A stretch of DNA of 64,000 bases from the NCBI GenBank assembly GCA_020723325.1, contig DYJD01000024.1, positions 12,906-76,905 on the forward strand, given 5' to 3'. This document shows positions 8,516-16,793 of this stretch, piece after piece (positions within the stretch are counted from its first letter, which is position 1; each line of letters starts with the position of its first letter). A program made the translations under genes and the position numbers. This DNA comes from Desulfosudis oleivorans. Lineage in GTDB: Bacteria; Desulfobacterota; Desulfobacteria; Desulfobacterales; SURF-7. A model generated the notes under the pieces. The model saw only the letters and a list, made by a program, of their open reading frames with translations, made no database searches and had not been told where the DNA came from.

Positions 8516-10573
8516 TTGAAACAGATCATTGACATCAGCTTGGGACCCAGTCGGAATGATTACGAACTTGAAACCAAGTTCATGAATCAGAAGTTTCGTA
8601 TCCGTCGCTTTGGGACGGATGGTGATTTTGAGCAGGCGAAGGATTTGATGCTGCAATGGAATAAGAAAGCCGATGCCATCGGCCTGGGCAGCATCAAATT
8701 CCCGGACAGCGTGGGCCGAAAAGCCAAAATGGATCCGGAAACCGAAAAGCTCCTCAAACTCGGGAAAACCCTGGAAACACCGGTCACCATCGGCAAGACC
8801 CTGCGCATGGTGGGCCATGAATGGTCCCTGCGGCACACCCAATTCAAATTCGGCAACAATTATTTCAACAATGCCCGGGTGCTTTTCTTTTCCGGCATGA
8901 TGAGCCACAACATTGCCCAGGTCATGTCCGAATATACGGACAATATGCATTTTGCCGATCCATTGATCGAAAACGGCCTGCCGCGTTTGATCAGCTCCAT
9001 GGATGAATTCATGCTGTATGCCGCCAAAGTCCGGCCGGCCATGAAATGGATCCCCGGCAACCGCTTCCTGTCGGATGCCAAGCCGATCCGCTCCATCAAT
9101 GATTATCTGCTGCGTCAGGAGGCCCAGAAGGCCCAGATCCTGGTGGTTTCCCATTATAATTTTTACAAGCACCTGGAATTATTGGGCGCGGATGATTTAA
9201 GCGGCAAGACCGTGATCACTTCAACGGCTTATGACGACCGGGTGGAATTTTTAAAGGAACGGGGAGTGGATGTGATCATCGACACCACGCCGGCCCTGAT
9301 CAAGGAAGTCGTCGGGGTCTGTGTTCTGGAAGCCATGCTCATCGCGGCCTTGAATCTTCCCAAGGATCAGCGCGGCCGGGACGATCTTTTGGAAATCATC
9401 TCGGAAATGAACATGGAACCGCGCATCATTTACCCGGCGGGCCGGCCCCGGCGGGTCAACCGCTTTGCCTACCTCGTGCATCCCCTGAACCAGGATTTTC
9501 TGAAAAAGCTTAAGCCCATTGAGGTTTTGGCCGATATAACCCCTGGTGTCATGGGGGTGGTGGAGAAGGCCATGGCCTATTCCCCGCCCTTTGTGTACTC
9601 CAAAGTGACGGGCATCAAATCCGAAACCGGCGTGGAAGCCGAAGGCTGGCTCATCGCCCTGGGGGAAACCCCGGAGCAGATGCAGGCCCATCCGCCCGAG
9701 TTTACAAAGAAGCGCATTTTACAAGCGGCCCGCATTGCCAAAAGCCTGGGGGCTCAGATCATGGGGATCAGCATCCTCCCGCGCTCGATGAAAGACTCCA
9801 GTCTGGATGTGGCCAAGCATGCGGTGTTGCCCATCACCACCGGTAACAGCTATGTTGCTTCCGCCGCTTTGTGGGCTGCGGCGGAAGCCGTGCGCCGCAT
9901 GGGTTTTGCCAAGCTGAAGCGTGGTAAGATTCTGAGCGCCAAAACCATGGTGATCGGTGCCACCGGCCCGGTGGGTGTTATCTGTTCACGTTTGCTGGCC
10001 CGGGCTTTTGAAGAAGTTTATCTGGTGGGCCGTAATATCGCCAAACTGTTGGCCCTGCAGGAGTCCATTCTGAAAGAAGCCCCGAAAGTAAAATTGCATG
10101 TTTCCACCCGGGCCGATACTTTCCTGGCGGACATGGATGTGATTGTGGCCGCCAGTTCCGGGGCCGACCGGGTGCTGGACATCATGCAGGTCAAACCGGG
10201 CTGCGTGATCACGGACATTACCAGACCCATGATGTTTTCAAGGGAGGAAGCGGAACGGCGCCCGGATGTTCTCATCATCCGCAGCGGTGAAATTCTGCTG
10301 CCCGGGGAGCATGTTGAAATGAAAGATATCGGACTGCCGGAGAGCGTGGCCTATGCCGGCCTGGCCGAGACCATTGTCCTGGCCTTGGAAGGCCGCTTCG
10401 AGACCTATACCGTCGGCAGTTCACCCCAGTGGGATAAAGTCCGTGAAATCTATCGTCTGGGCTTGAAACACGGCATGAAGCTCGCGGCCATTTCCAGCGT
10501 GGACGGCGTCATCAGCGATGAGGATATCGAAAAAGTGAAAGAACTGGCCGTCAAGGAGTTGCAGAAAGGATGA
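8516..10573 (+). CDS. Two-domain oxidoreductase, paralog 2: same architecture, but Gly replaces the AAR-equivalent Cys
   Basis: TTG follows GAGGAGG. Collinear with paralog 1 over the full length. VIGATGPVGV Rossmann motif. YAGLAETIVLALEG (Gly codon 10358-10360, versus Cys codon 8283-8285 in paralog 1). Confidence 0.7.
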   Translation: MKQIIDISLGPSRNDYELETKFMNQKFRIRRFGTDGDFEQAKDLMLQWNKKADAIGLGSIKFPDSVGRKAKMDPETEKLLKLGKTLETPVTIGKTLRMVGHEWSLRHTQFKFGNNYFNNARVLFFSGMMSHNIAQVMSEYTDNMHFADPLIENGLPRLISSMDEFMLYAAKVRPAMKWIPGNRFLSDAKPIRSINDYLLRQEAQKAQILVVSHYNFYKHLELLGADDLSGKTVITSTAYDDRVEFLKERGVDVIIDTTPALIKEVVGVCVLEAMLIAALNLPKDQRGRDDLLEIISEMNMEPRIIYPAGRPRRVNRFAYLVHPLNQDFLKKLKPIEVLADITPGVMGVVEKAMAYSPPFVYSKVTGIKSETGVEAEGWLIALGETPEQMQAHPPEFTKKRILQAARIAKSLGAQIMGISILPRSMKDSSLDVAKHAVLPITTGNSYVASAALWAAAEAVRRMGFAKLKRGKILSAKTMVIGATGPVGVICSRLLARAFEEVYLVGRNIAKLLALQESILKEAPKVKLHVSTRADTFLADMDVIVAASSGADRVLDIMQVKPGCVITDITRPMMFSREEAERRPDVLIIRSGEILLPGEHVEMKDIGLPESVAYAGLAETIVLALEGRFETYTVGSSPQWDKVREIYRLGLKHGMKLAAISSVDGVISDEDIEKVKELAVKELQKG

Positions 10574-12288
10574 TTTTGAAGAAGTTACAGGATTTCAGTC
10601 ATTCATTGACCCGTTACGTCGTCAACAACATCCCGACGCATCTGGTCAATACCGGCTATAATGCTTACAGCATGTTTTACAAGGGGCAGATCAATTACGG
10701 CCTGCCGGTGTCCCGGGACCTGATCCTCAGCCAGGAGGAGATTCGCACTGAAGCGGTTGGCAAACTGGCCCTGGCGCTCTATCATGTATTCTTGAACGCT
10801 GCCGGTTTGCAGATCCCACGGGATGACATCAAGCTGGTGATCGTTGATGAGCTGGAAAAAGGCCGGTTGCGGCTTACGGAAACCGTGATTCTATTAACTG
10901 AGGCCGATCTTCAATTTTTATGCTTGCAGCGTTTCAATATCCCCAAGGGTCAAGTGGCCACCATCCTGAAAGTGGCGCGCAAACGCAGAATCCTGAAAGA
11001 AGCCCTGCGCATGGAGGCGGTGCCGGTCTATTTTGAAAGCAAAATCGAGGAAGCCGTGCGCAACGGCCGCGGGGACTACGAAACCGTTTACTACCGCGAT
11101 TTTACGGATGAGGGCAAAGAGATCACCTTTCGCCGTTTGGTGAGCATGGAAGCCGTGACCGCCGGCGACAATCACCCGGCCGTGATCCTGGTGCCGGGTT
11201 TTGCCAACAACAGCAATTGTTTCAATATCAGCAACCGCTATTCCCTGGCCAAGGATATGGCCGACCGGGGCTACTGGGTGTATCTCTTCGATCCCAGGGG
11301 CGTGGGAGTCAACGAAGGCCGTTTTGACCCGTTATATACCGTGGATACCCTGATCGACTATGATCTTTCCACGGTTGTGCGTTTTTTGTTCGCCCGCAGT
11401 TGCGGCAAGCCCGCTATTCTACTGGGGCACAGCATGGGCGGCCTGGTTTCCGAGTACATGGTGCTGAACTGGTCTTTGCGCCGGCACCTGGATGATATTC
11501 CTACTTTACAACCAGACCAGAAAGAGATTCTCCATCAAGTGCTGCCACCCCTGGCGGATGTGGAAAACAACCTGAAGATGGTGCGCGGCATTGTTTCCTT
11601 GGGCGCGCCGAAATATTTTGAAAAAACTTCCCATCTTTTCTTCCCCACGGCATTGTGGTTGAACCATCTTTCCCGCATCTTCCGCTTCCGCCAGGTGCCG
11701 GTGCAGGAGATCTCCAAAGTAGTCACAGAATTACCCCTCCTCAAACAAATCGTCCGCTTTGTGGCCAACAACAATATCGGCGAGTTGAATTTTCTCATCT
11801 CCCCGGACAACCATCAGGAGGATAAATATTTTGTGGAACGCTACCTGAAAATCGCCACCCAATCCATCCCCCTGGGTCTGGGTTTTCAATGTTTGAAGGC
11901 CATCTACGACGGCAAAGGCTTTAAACGCATGGACGACAGCCGGCTGAACTACTCGGATTCCCTGCCCTGGTTCCCGGATGATATTCCCATTTTTCACTTC
12001 TGGGGTTCCAAGGACCAACTGGCTTCAGTCAACAACATTCGCTACAGCCGCCTGTATCCCCATCAAATCAAGAAAGTCTATCACCTATCCTCGGCCGCCG
12101 ATCTCAAGAAAGTCAGGATCAGCTCCGAACGCAGCCAATTGATCGACTTTGTCATCGAAGGCGCCAATCATCTGGATTTGCTGTACGGCAAAAAGGCGGA
12201 TGAAATCATTATGCCGCTTTTGATGAGGATTGTTGAAAAAACCTGGGGGGATTGGTCTTACAAAGGGCCGTTTTGCAAGGCAAGCTGA
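10570..12288 (+). CDS. Lipase/esterase-like alpha/beta-fold hydrolase with a ~190-aa N-terminal extension
   Basis: ATGA start/stop overlap with the upstream gene. Nucleophile elbow LLGHSMGG. SLAKDMADRGYWVYLFDPRG resembles the acid-lipase / class III PhaC-type N-terminal strand-helix pattern. Confidence 0.75.
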   Translation: MILKKLQDFSHSLTRYVVNNIPTHLVNTGYNAYSMFYKGQINYGLPVSRDLILSQEEIRTEAVGKLALALYHVFLNAAGLQIPRDDIKLVIVDELEKGRLRLTETVILLTEADLQFLCLQRFNIPKGQVATILKVARKRRILKEALRMEAVPVYFESKIEEAVRNGRGDYETVYYRDFTDEGKEITFRRLVSMEAVTAGDNHPAVILVPGFANNSNCFNISNRYSLAKDMADRGYWVYLFDPRGVGVNEGRFDPLYTVDTLIDYDLSTVVRFLFARSCGKPAILLGHSMGGLVSEYMVLNWSLRRHLDDIPTLQPDQKEILHQVLPPLADVENNLKMVRGIVSLGAPKYFEKTSHLFFPTALWLNHLSRIFRFRQVPVQEISKVVTELPLLKQIVRFVANNNIGELNFLISPDNHQEDKYFVERYLKIATQSIPLGLGFQCLKAIYDGKGFKRMDDSRLNYSDSLPWFPDDIPIFHFWGSKDQLASVNNIRYSRLYPHQIKKVYHLSSAADLKKVRISSERSQLIDFVIEGANHLDLLYGKKADEIIMPLLMRIVEKTWGDWSYKGPFCKAS

Positions 12289-12477
12289 TTTCTAAGAAAT
12301 GCTGAGAATGGTCTATCTGCTCGTGATAATGCCGCTATGGATCTGTTCGGCCGCCGGATGCGCCGAGGAATTAACATAATATATGTGAAATACGAACAAA
12401 TTTCGCTAAAGTCAAGATGCTGCCTCTCAGAATAATATCGACCCCATTATCCCGAGCCATATGATTTCACTATCTTG

Positions 12478-12690
12478 CTAACCGTCGATTCTGCGTAAAG
12501 AGAGATAAAAATATTCGTCCTCCTTCAATAGATAGGCCGGCTTTCTGGCCTCCGGAAATTCACAGGCTTCGATGATTTGGCCCACGCGCAATTCGACTTT
12601 TAAAAATCTTCCCAGGTAATGCTGTTCATGGGGTTTTGGCCTTTTCTTCTTTTGGAGATTCACTTGCCGTTCTGCTATTCGATATCCCAC
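12478..12690 (-). pseudogene. Fragment of a CsaA-type tRNA-binding (EMAP-fold) domain protein
   Basis: FLKVELRVGQIIEACEFPEARKPAYLLK matches only the first ~30 aa of the CsaA domain (..DIRTGTIVKAEEFPEARVPAIKL..). The ORF then ends. Confidence 0.4.
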
Positions 12691-12842
12691 AGTATCGATA
12701 TTCGATTTCGGATGTCAACAACGGCCTGCGGAATAGGCTATCCTTCTAAGCTGTGAACGGCCTTGAATGCCGGTCATGTCAACATGAAATTCATGAGCAA
12801 TACAAACTTTACCACTCCATTCGGTTATGATATTTGGTGGAG

Positions 12843-13742
12843 ATGGAGAATTTTTTTATCACCATTGCATTTCTAGTTATCGGCATGGCATTAAGACGCC
12901 TGCCGGAATTTCCTTCCGAAACCGGAAATGTTCTATCTTTATTTGTCATTTATATCTCCCTGCCGGCCCTTGTCCTTCTGAAAATACCCGAACTAGTTCT
13001 TTCCAGAAATCTGCTGATTCCTGCCATAATGCCCTGGCTTATGCTTTTGTTTTCTGCTGCGGTCATCTTGCTGTTATCCAGATTATTGAACTGGACCCGG
13101 GAAATTACCGGGTGTCTTCTTCTACTGATTCCGCTGGGCAACACGTCTTTTCTGGGCATCCCAATGGTGAAAGCCTTTTTCGGCAGCCAGGGGATTCCAT
13201 ATGCACTCATTTATGATCAACTGGGTTCATTCCTGGCGCTTGCCACCTATGGTTCCTTCATTATAGCTTTTTATGGCAAGGGAAGAAACAGGCCGAACGT
13301 CAAAAGCGTTATGAAAAAGATTCTGACATTTCCTCCTTTTATAGCTCTGATACTTGCCTTCATCATCCGAGATTTGCCTTTTTATTCCAAGACCGTGAGT
13401 CTTTTGACCATACTGGCCGCCACGCTGGTCCCTTTAATCATGATTGCGGTGGGGTTTCAGTTGCGACTGCAATTGGATCGTAACATGGCTACGCAGATTT
13501 CATTGGGACTTATTATCAAACTGATCGTTGCCCCTCTGGCGGCATTGCTGTTGTGCAAAATCATCGGATTACGGGGAGAGGCCGTACATGTTTCGATTTT
13601 TGAGGCGGGCATGCCCCCCATGGTATCAGCCGGCGCGCTGGCTATTTTTGCCGAACTGTCACCCGCACTGGCCGCGGCTTTGGTAGGCCTCGGGATTGTT
13701 CTCAGCTTTGCAACATTACCCATACTGTACAACTTGCTGTGA
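12843..13742 (+). CDS. AEC (auxin efflux carrier) family membrane transporter
   Basis: About 10 TM helices. IPLGNTSFLGIPMV and GMPPMVSAGALA are typical of the membrane-transport family. ATG at 12843 preferred over TTG at 12834. Confidence 0.75.
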   Translation: MENFFITIAFLVIGMALRRLPEFPSETGNVLSLFVIYISLPALVLLKIPELVLSRNLLIPAIMPWLMLLFSAAVILLLSRLLNWTREITGCLLLLIPLGNTSFLGIPMVKAFFGSQGIPYALIYDQLGSFLALATYGSFIIAFYGKGRNRPNVKSVMKKILTFPPFIALILAFIIRDLPFYSKTVSLLTILAATLVPLIMIAVGFQLRLQLDRNMATQISLGLIIKLIVAPLAALLLCKIIGLRGEAVHVSIFEAGMPPMVSAGALAIFAELSPALAAALVGLGIVLSFATLPILYNLL

Positions 13743-13926
13743 TGAGAGAGCTATGAATTTAGAAACAAACAGCGACACATGGATTTGCCCGCATTGCGGC
13801 GCTGAAAATCATGGGAATGTCCAGAAATAAGATGAAACGACTCGGTATTATTTTTTCAGCTTCCACTGCCCTCTCTCACCTGTCTTGATTCGCTTACTCT
13901 AAGGTTTTGTAGTGTCGTTCCTTGTT

Positions 13927-14127
13927 CTATTGAATGAGTTGCTCCAGGCTTATCTGGCGAAATTCATAACTTAAAATACAGTTTACTCCCGGTTTGGGGC
14001 TAAGCTGAATTTGTTGGAACTGTTTATTCATAAAGGCAACAAGCTCTTCCATTTCGGCTTTAAGCTCTTGCTCGATTTCCTTCAAAGCAGCAGGCAAAGC
14101 AATTAGCGCCTTTATCCGCCCCGACAT
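13927..14127 (-). CDS. Hypothetical 66-aa protein
   Basis: ORF only. Lies directly downstream of the 14149-15192 gene on the same strand. Confidence 0.25.
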   Translation of the reverse strand: MSGRIKALIALPAALKEIEQELKAEMEELVAFMNKQFQQIQLSPKPGVNCILSYEFRQISLEQLIQ

Positions 14128-14148
14128 GGATGCGTTGCCTGCAATCTT

Positions 14149-15192
14149 CTAGGCTGTCTGTATTGCGGCATTTCTGAGGGTTTTTATTAAAAGATCCTTC
14201 TCCTCCGTAAAAATGGTGAGATAAACCGTATTGCCGTCTTCCTCCGATGCTGTGAAGGCGTTCACTGAAACCTTTTCCTCTTCCGCATTCGCTCCTTTAC
14301 TGTTTTCAGCGGCAATCTTCTCTTCCAAGTCTTCCAGCCCCCCTACGTAACCTTCCACTTTCCCTTTTACAACGATCCATATCTTGGACGATATGGGCGC
14401 CTCTTCGCCTGTATAAAAACGTTTTATCGTCGCGGCGGAAAAACTGTAGGAGACTTCCTTGTCGACCCTTGCGTCTATCGCCATCAGAGCGCCCCGCGTT
14501 GCGATGCCCACAAGAAGTTGGTCGGTGCCCAGCATGCGATGGGCCTCATGCATTATGGAAGGAGAAAGGATCGCTTCGGCGCTGTTATAATGCCCGGAAT
14601 AAAGGGCCACCGTCATATGGCCGCCTGTTCCCATCTTCTGCCATGAGCAGTCTCTTTGCAGCTCCCTTTCCAGATTTTTAAGGGCCTGCTCGTGGAGTTT
14701 TTCCCCCTTCATTCCCTCCGGCAGTTCCTTTTCGGTTATAAAATGGACCACCGTCCCTTTGTCGACGCCGTAACCTATGACGAGGAACTTTTCCTCATCA
14801 AGGGATTTTTCCCAGAAAGGCCGGACAATGGTCCCGCCCGGAGCGACTTTAGCGCCCCATTCGATAGGCTTCAGCACAGGCACTACGTCCAGTGGCGTCT
14901 CTTCCTTTATCGCTTTCTTTTCCTTTTCCTCAATCTTTTCCTTTATTTTTTCGTCTTCCTTTCTGCTGAATGCTGACCAAAGCATAAGCAGCCCAAAAAC
15001 CCCGCCGATAGTCCCAACAGGCCGGTTCCATATGAGGGCGAGAAAAAATTTCACCTTGTTCCCTCCGCGCCCGCTGACGTGGGCACTTACGAAAGTATCC
15101 AGGTGTTCAGGATGCATCCATATGGCGGCAGCCAGGGCCAATAAGGCGATCCCCATTATAAAACCAACTATCCTGTCCTTCATCTCGTCCAT
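14149..15192 (-). CDS. Hypothetical membrane-anchored protein (two N-terminal TM helices, Glu/Lys-rich linker, ~230-aa soluble domain)
   Basis: 347-aa ORF with plausible composition. No family recognised with confidence (weak DUF1444-like feel). Confidence 0.55.
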   Translation of the reverse strand: MDEMKDRIVGFIMGIALLALAAAIWMHPEHLDTFVSAHVSGRGGNKVKFFLALIWNRPVGTIGGVFGLLMLWSAFSRKEDEKIKEKIEEKEKKAIKEETPLDVVPVLKPIEWGAKVAPGGTIVRPFWEKSLDEEKFLVIGYGVDKGTVVHFITEKELPEGMKGEKLHEQALKNLERELQRDCSWQKMGTGGHMTVALYSGHYNSAEAILSPSIMHEAHRMLGTDQLLVGIATRGALMAIDARVDKEVSYSFSAATIKRFYTGEEAPISSKIWIVVKGKVEGYVGGLEDLEEKIAAENSKGANAEEEKVSVNAFTASEEDGNTVYLTIFTEEKDLLIKTLRNAAIQTA

Positions 15193-15521
15193 CCTTTCCT
15201 GTTTTAAATTTTTCTAGAGAGCACCGAGTTTTTAACTTGATTCCAACCTAAGAATCTGAAGCCGAAGTTAGATCATCATAATTCGCTACCCATTTTTCGA
15301 TTTGATCTTCAAGCTGCTCCATCTTATCTTCAGGAAGACCTTCGATCTTTAAAGTGGACAATAGTGAATTCAGAGTCATTTACGGCCTGGAAAAAGATAT
15401 GGTTAAAATTAATGTAGTCGGCAAACGAAATGATTCCGAGGCATATAAAATTGTTGAGCGATTGTAATGTCTACTTTGGGGCGTTCATTGTTACACAAAC
15501 GCCTTGATGTTTATTTCGGGC

Positions 15522-15920
15522 CTAAATCCAATTTTCTACCCGCAAAGCCTCGACTCTTTCAAATTCATTCGCGTTATTACTGACCAAGACAAGCCCTTCG
15601 CTACGTGCATGGCCGGCGATATGCAAATCATTCACACCGATTGTCATTCCCAGCTTTTCAAGGTTTGCCCGAATTGCGCCATAATGAGCAGCCGCTTTCA
15701 TACCGTATTCAAGAACCTCCAGACGTGAAGCAAAATCTTCGACCTGCCGCAGATTATGCTCCGGTCGTATGCTTTTTTCAGCTCCATGAAATAGCTCGGC
15801 AAGGGTGATTGATGATATCGACATCTGTCCTGCATGTAGGTTGAATGTTTCTAGAAGTTTCAATGGCTTTCGTTTAATCACGTAAATTACAATGTTGGTA
15901 TCTAGCATATACTTCAGCAT
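15522..15920 (-). CDS. vapC: Type II toxin VapC (PIN-domain ribonuclease)
   Basis: [13 protein letters not shown]... PIN acidic residues. 1-nt TGATG overlap with the upstream antitoxin. Confidence 0.9.
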   Translation of the reverse strand: MLKYMLDTNIVIYVIKRKPLKLLETFNLHAGQMSISSITLAELFHGAEKSIRPEHNLRQVEDFASRLEVLEYGMKAAAHYGAIRANLEKLGMTIGVNDLHIAGHARSEGLVLVSNNANEFERVEALRVENWI

Positions 15921-16153
15921 CAGAAGTCTTCTCTTTCTGACTGGATTTGTGAGGCGCGTTCAGCCATGAAATCATCGCTGACGTTATGCTCTGACATGAA
16001 AAAGCTGTCCCAGGTGCTCTCAGCAGGTGAAATAATCCGTTCTTTGCCAACGATACGAACGCTCACTTTCTTAATATTTTCCGGAAAGCGCATTTCAGCA
16101 GGAAGTCGAATCGCTTGCGTACGATTAGTTATAAATACAGAGCCCTGAGCCAT
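15920..16153 (-). CDS. vapB: Type II antitoxin VapB (AbrB/SpoVT-fold)
   Basis: [46 protein letters not shown] at 16153 follows GGAGGA. Confidence 0.85.
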   Translation of the reverse strand: MAQGSVFITNRTQAIRLPAEMRFPENIKKVSVRIVGKERIISPAESTWDSFFMSEHNVSDDFMAERASQIQSEREDF

Positions 16154-16270
16154 ATAGTTCCTCCTTATTACTAATTGGGGACATCTTATAGGACTTACTA
16201 TGTATATGTCAAGCGTATATAGCATGGAGACCCAAAGCATAAAGCTTGGCTGTGTGCTTTTACTTGGGTT

Positions 16271-16388
16271 GGTCTTGATCATCATTTATGCCGTATCGCG
16301 GGTGAAAGCAGCTCCCTCAAAAAGAAGGACGGTCGCAACACGGAGGATTGCAGAAACAAGAAGGGCGGTCAAAACGATGATCAAGGCC
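16271..16388. repeat. Degenerate copy D of the REP-like nested palindrome, plus an extra terminal arm
   Basis: 16271-16343 aligns by hand to copy B (ggtcttgatcatcatttatgcc|gtatcgcgggtgaaagcagctccctcaa...). 16364-16388 (ggcggtcaaaacgatgatcaaggcc) repeats the right arm. Confidence 0.5.
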
Positions 16389-16793
16389 AAAATTCCTGAT
16401 TGACAAGCCATTCGAAAAACTGTAACAATGTTCCAAAAATAAATGGGTCTTTGCGTGTGTTTATGTAATTTTAAATTATATTAAATTGTTATATTGATTT
16501 ATCAGAAAAACACTATTTTGTCGAGACAATCGAAAATTTTAACGCATTATAATTCTATTAGGATATGGTAGTTTTTTACAACACGGGCGATAAAGTGCTT
16601 GAAGAAGAACACATCGATATTTCAATAAGTTCATTATAACTTCATGTCCTTCGTGTACTTCAGCGCAGCGGGTGGTAAAAAAGGCGGTAAAGGTAAAACA
16701 TATTTATTAAAACAACGATATATTGTTTATTTCAAAATGCATTCCTTGTTCGAATTTCGATAACAACGCTTTGGAAAACGACCCTTGGTAACA

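Noticed and set aside
13753-13830. 25-aa ORF MNLETNSDTWICPHCGAENHGNVQK (half of a zinc-ribbon knuckle).
   Set aside because: It is too short, has only one CxxC, has a weak RBS and lies in an ORF-poor island. It may be a remnant, but it cannot be supported as a gene.
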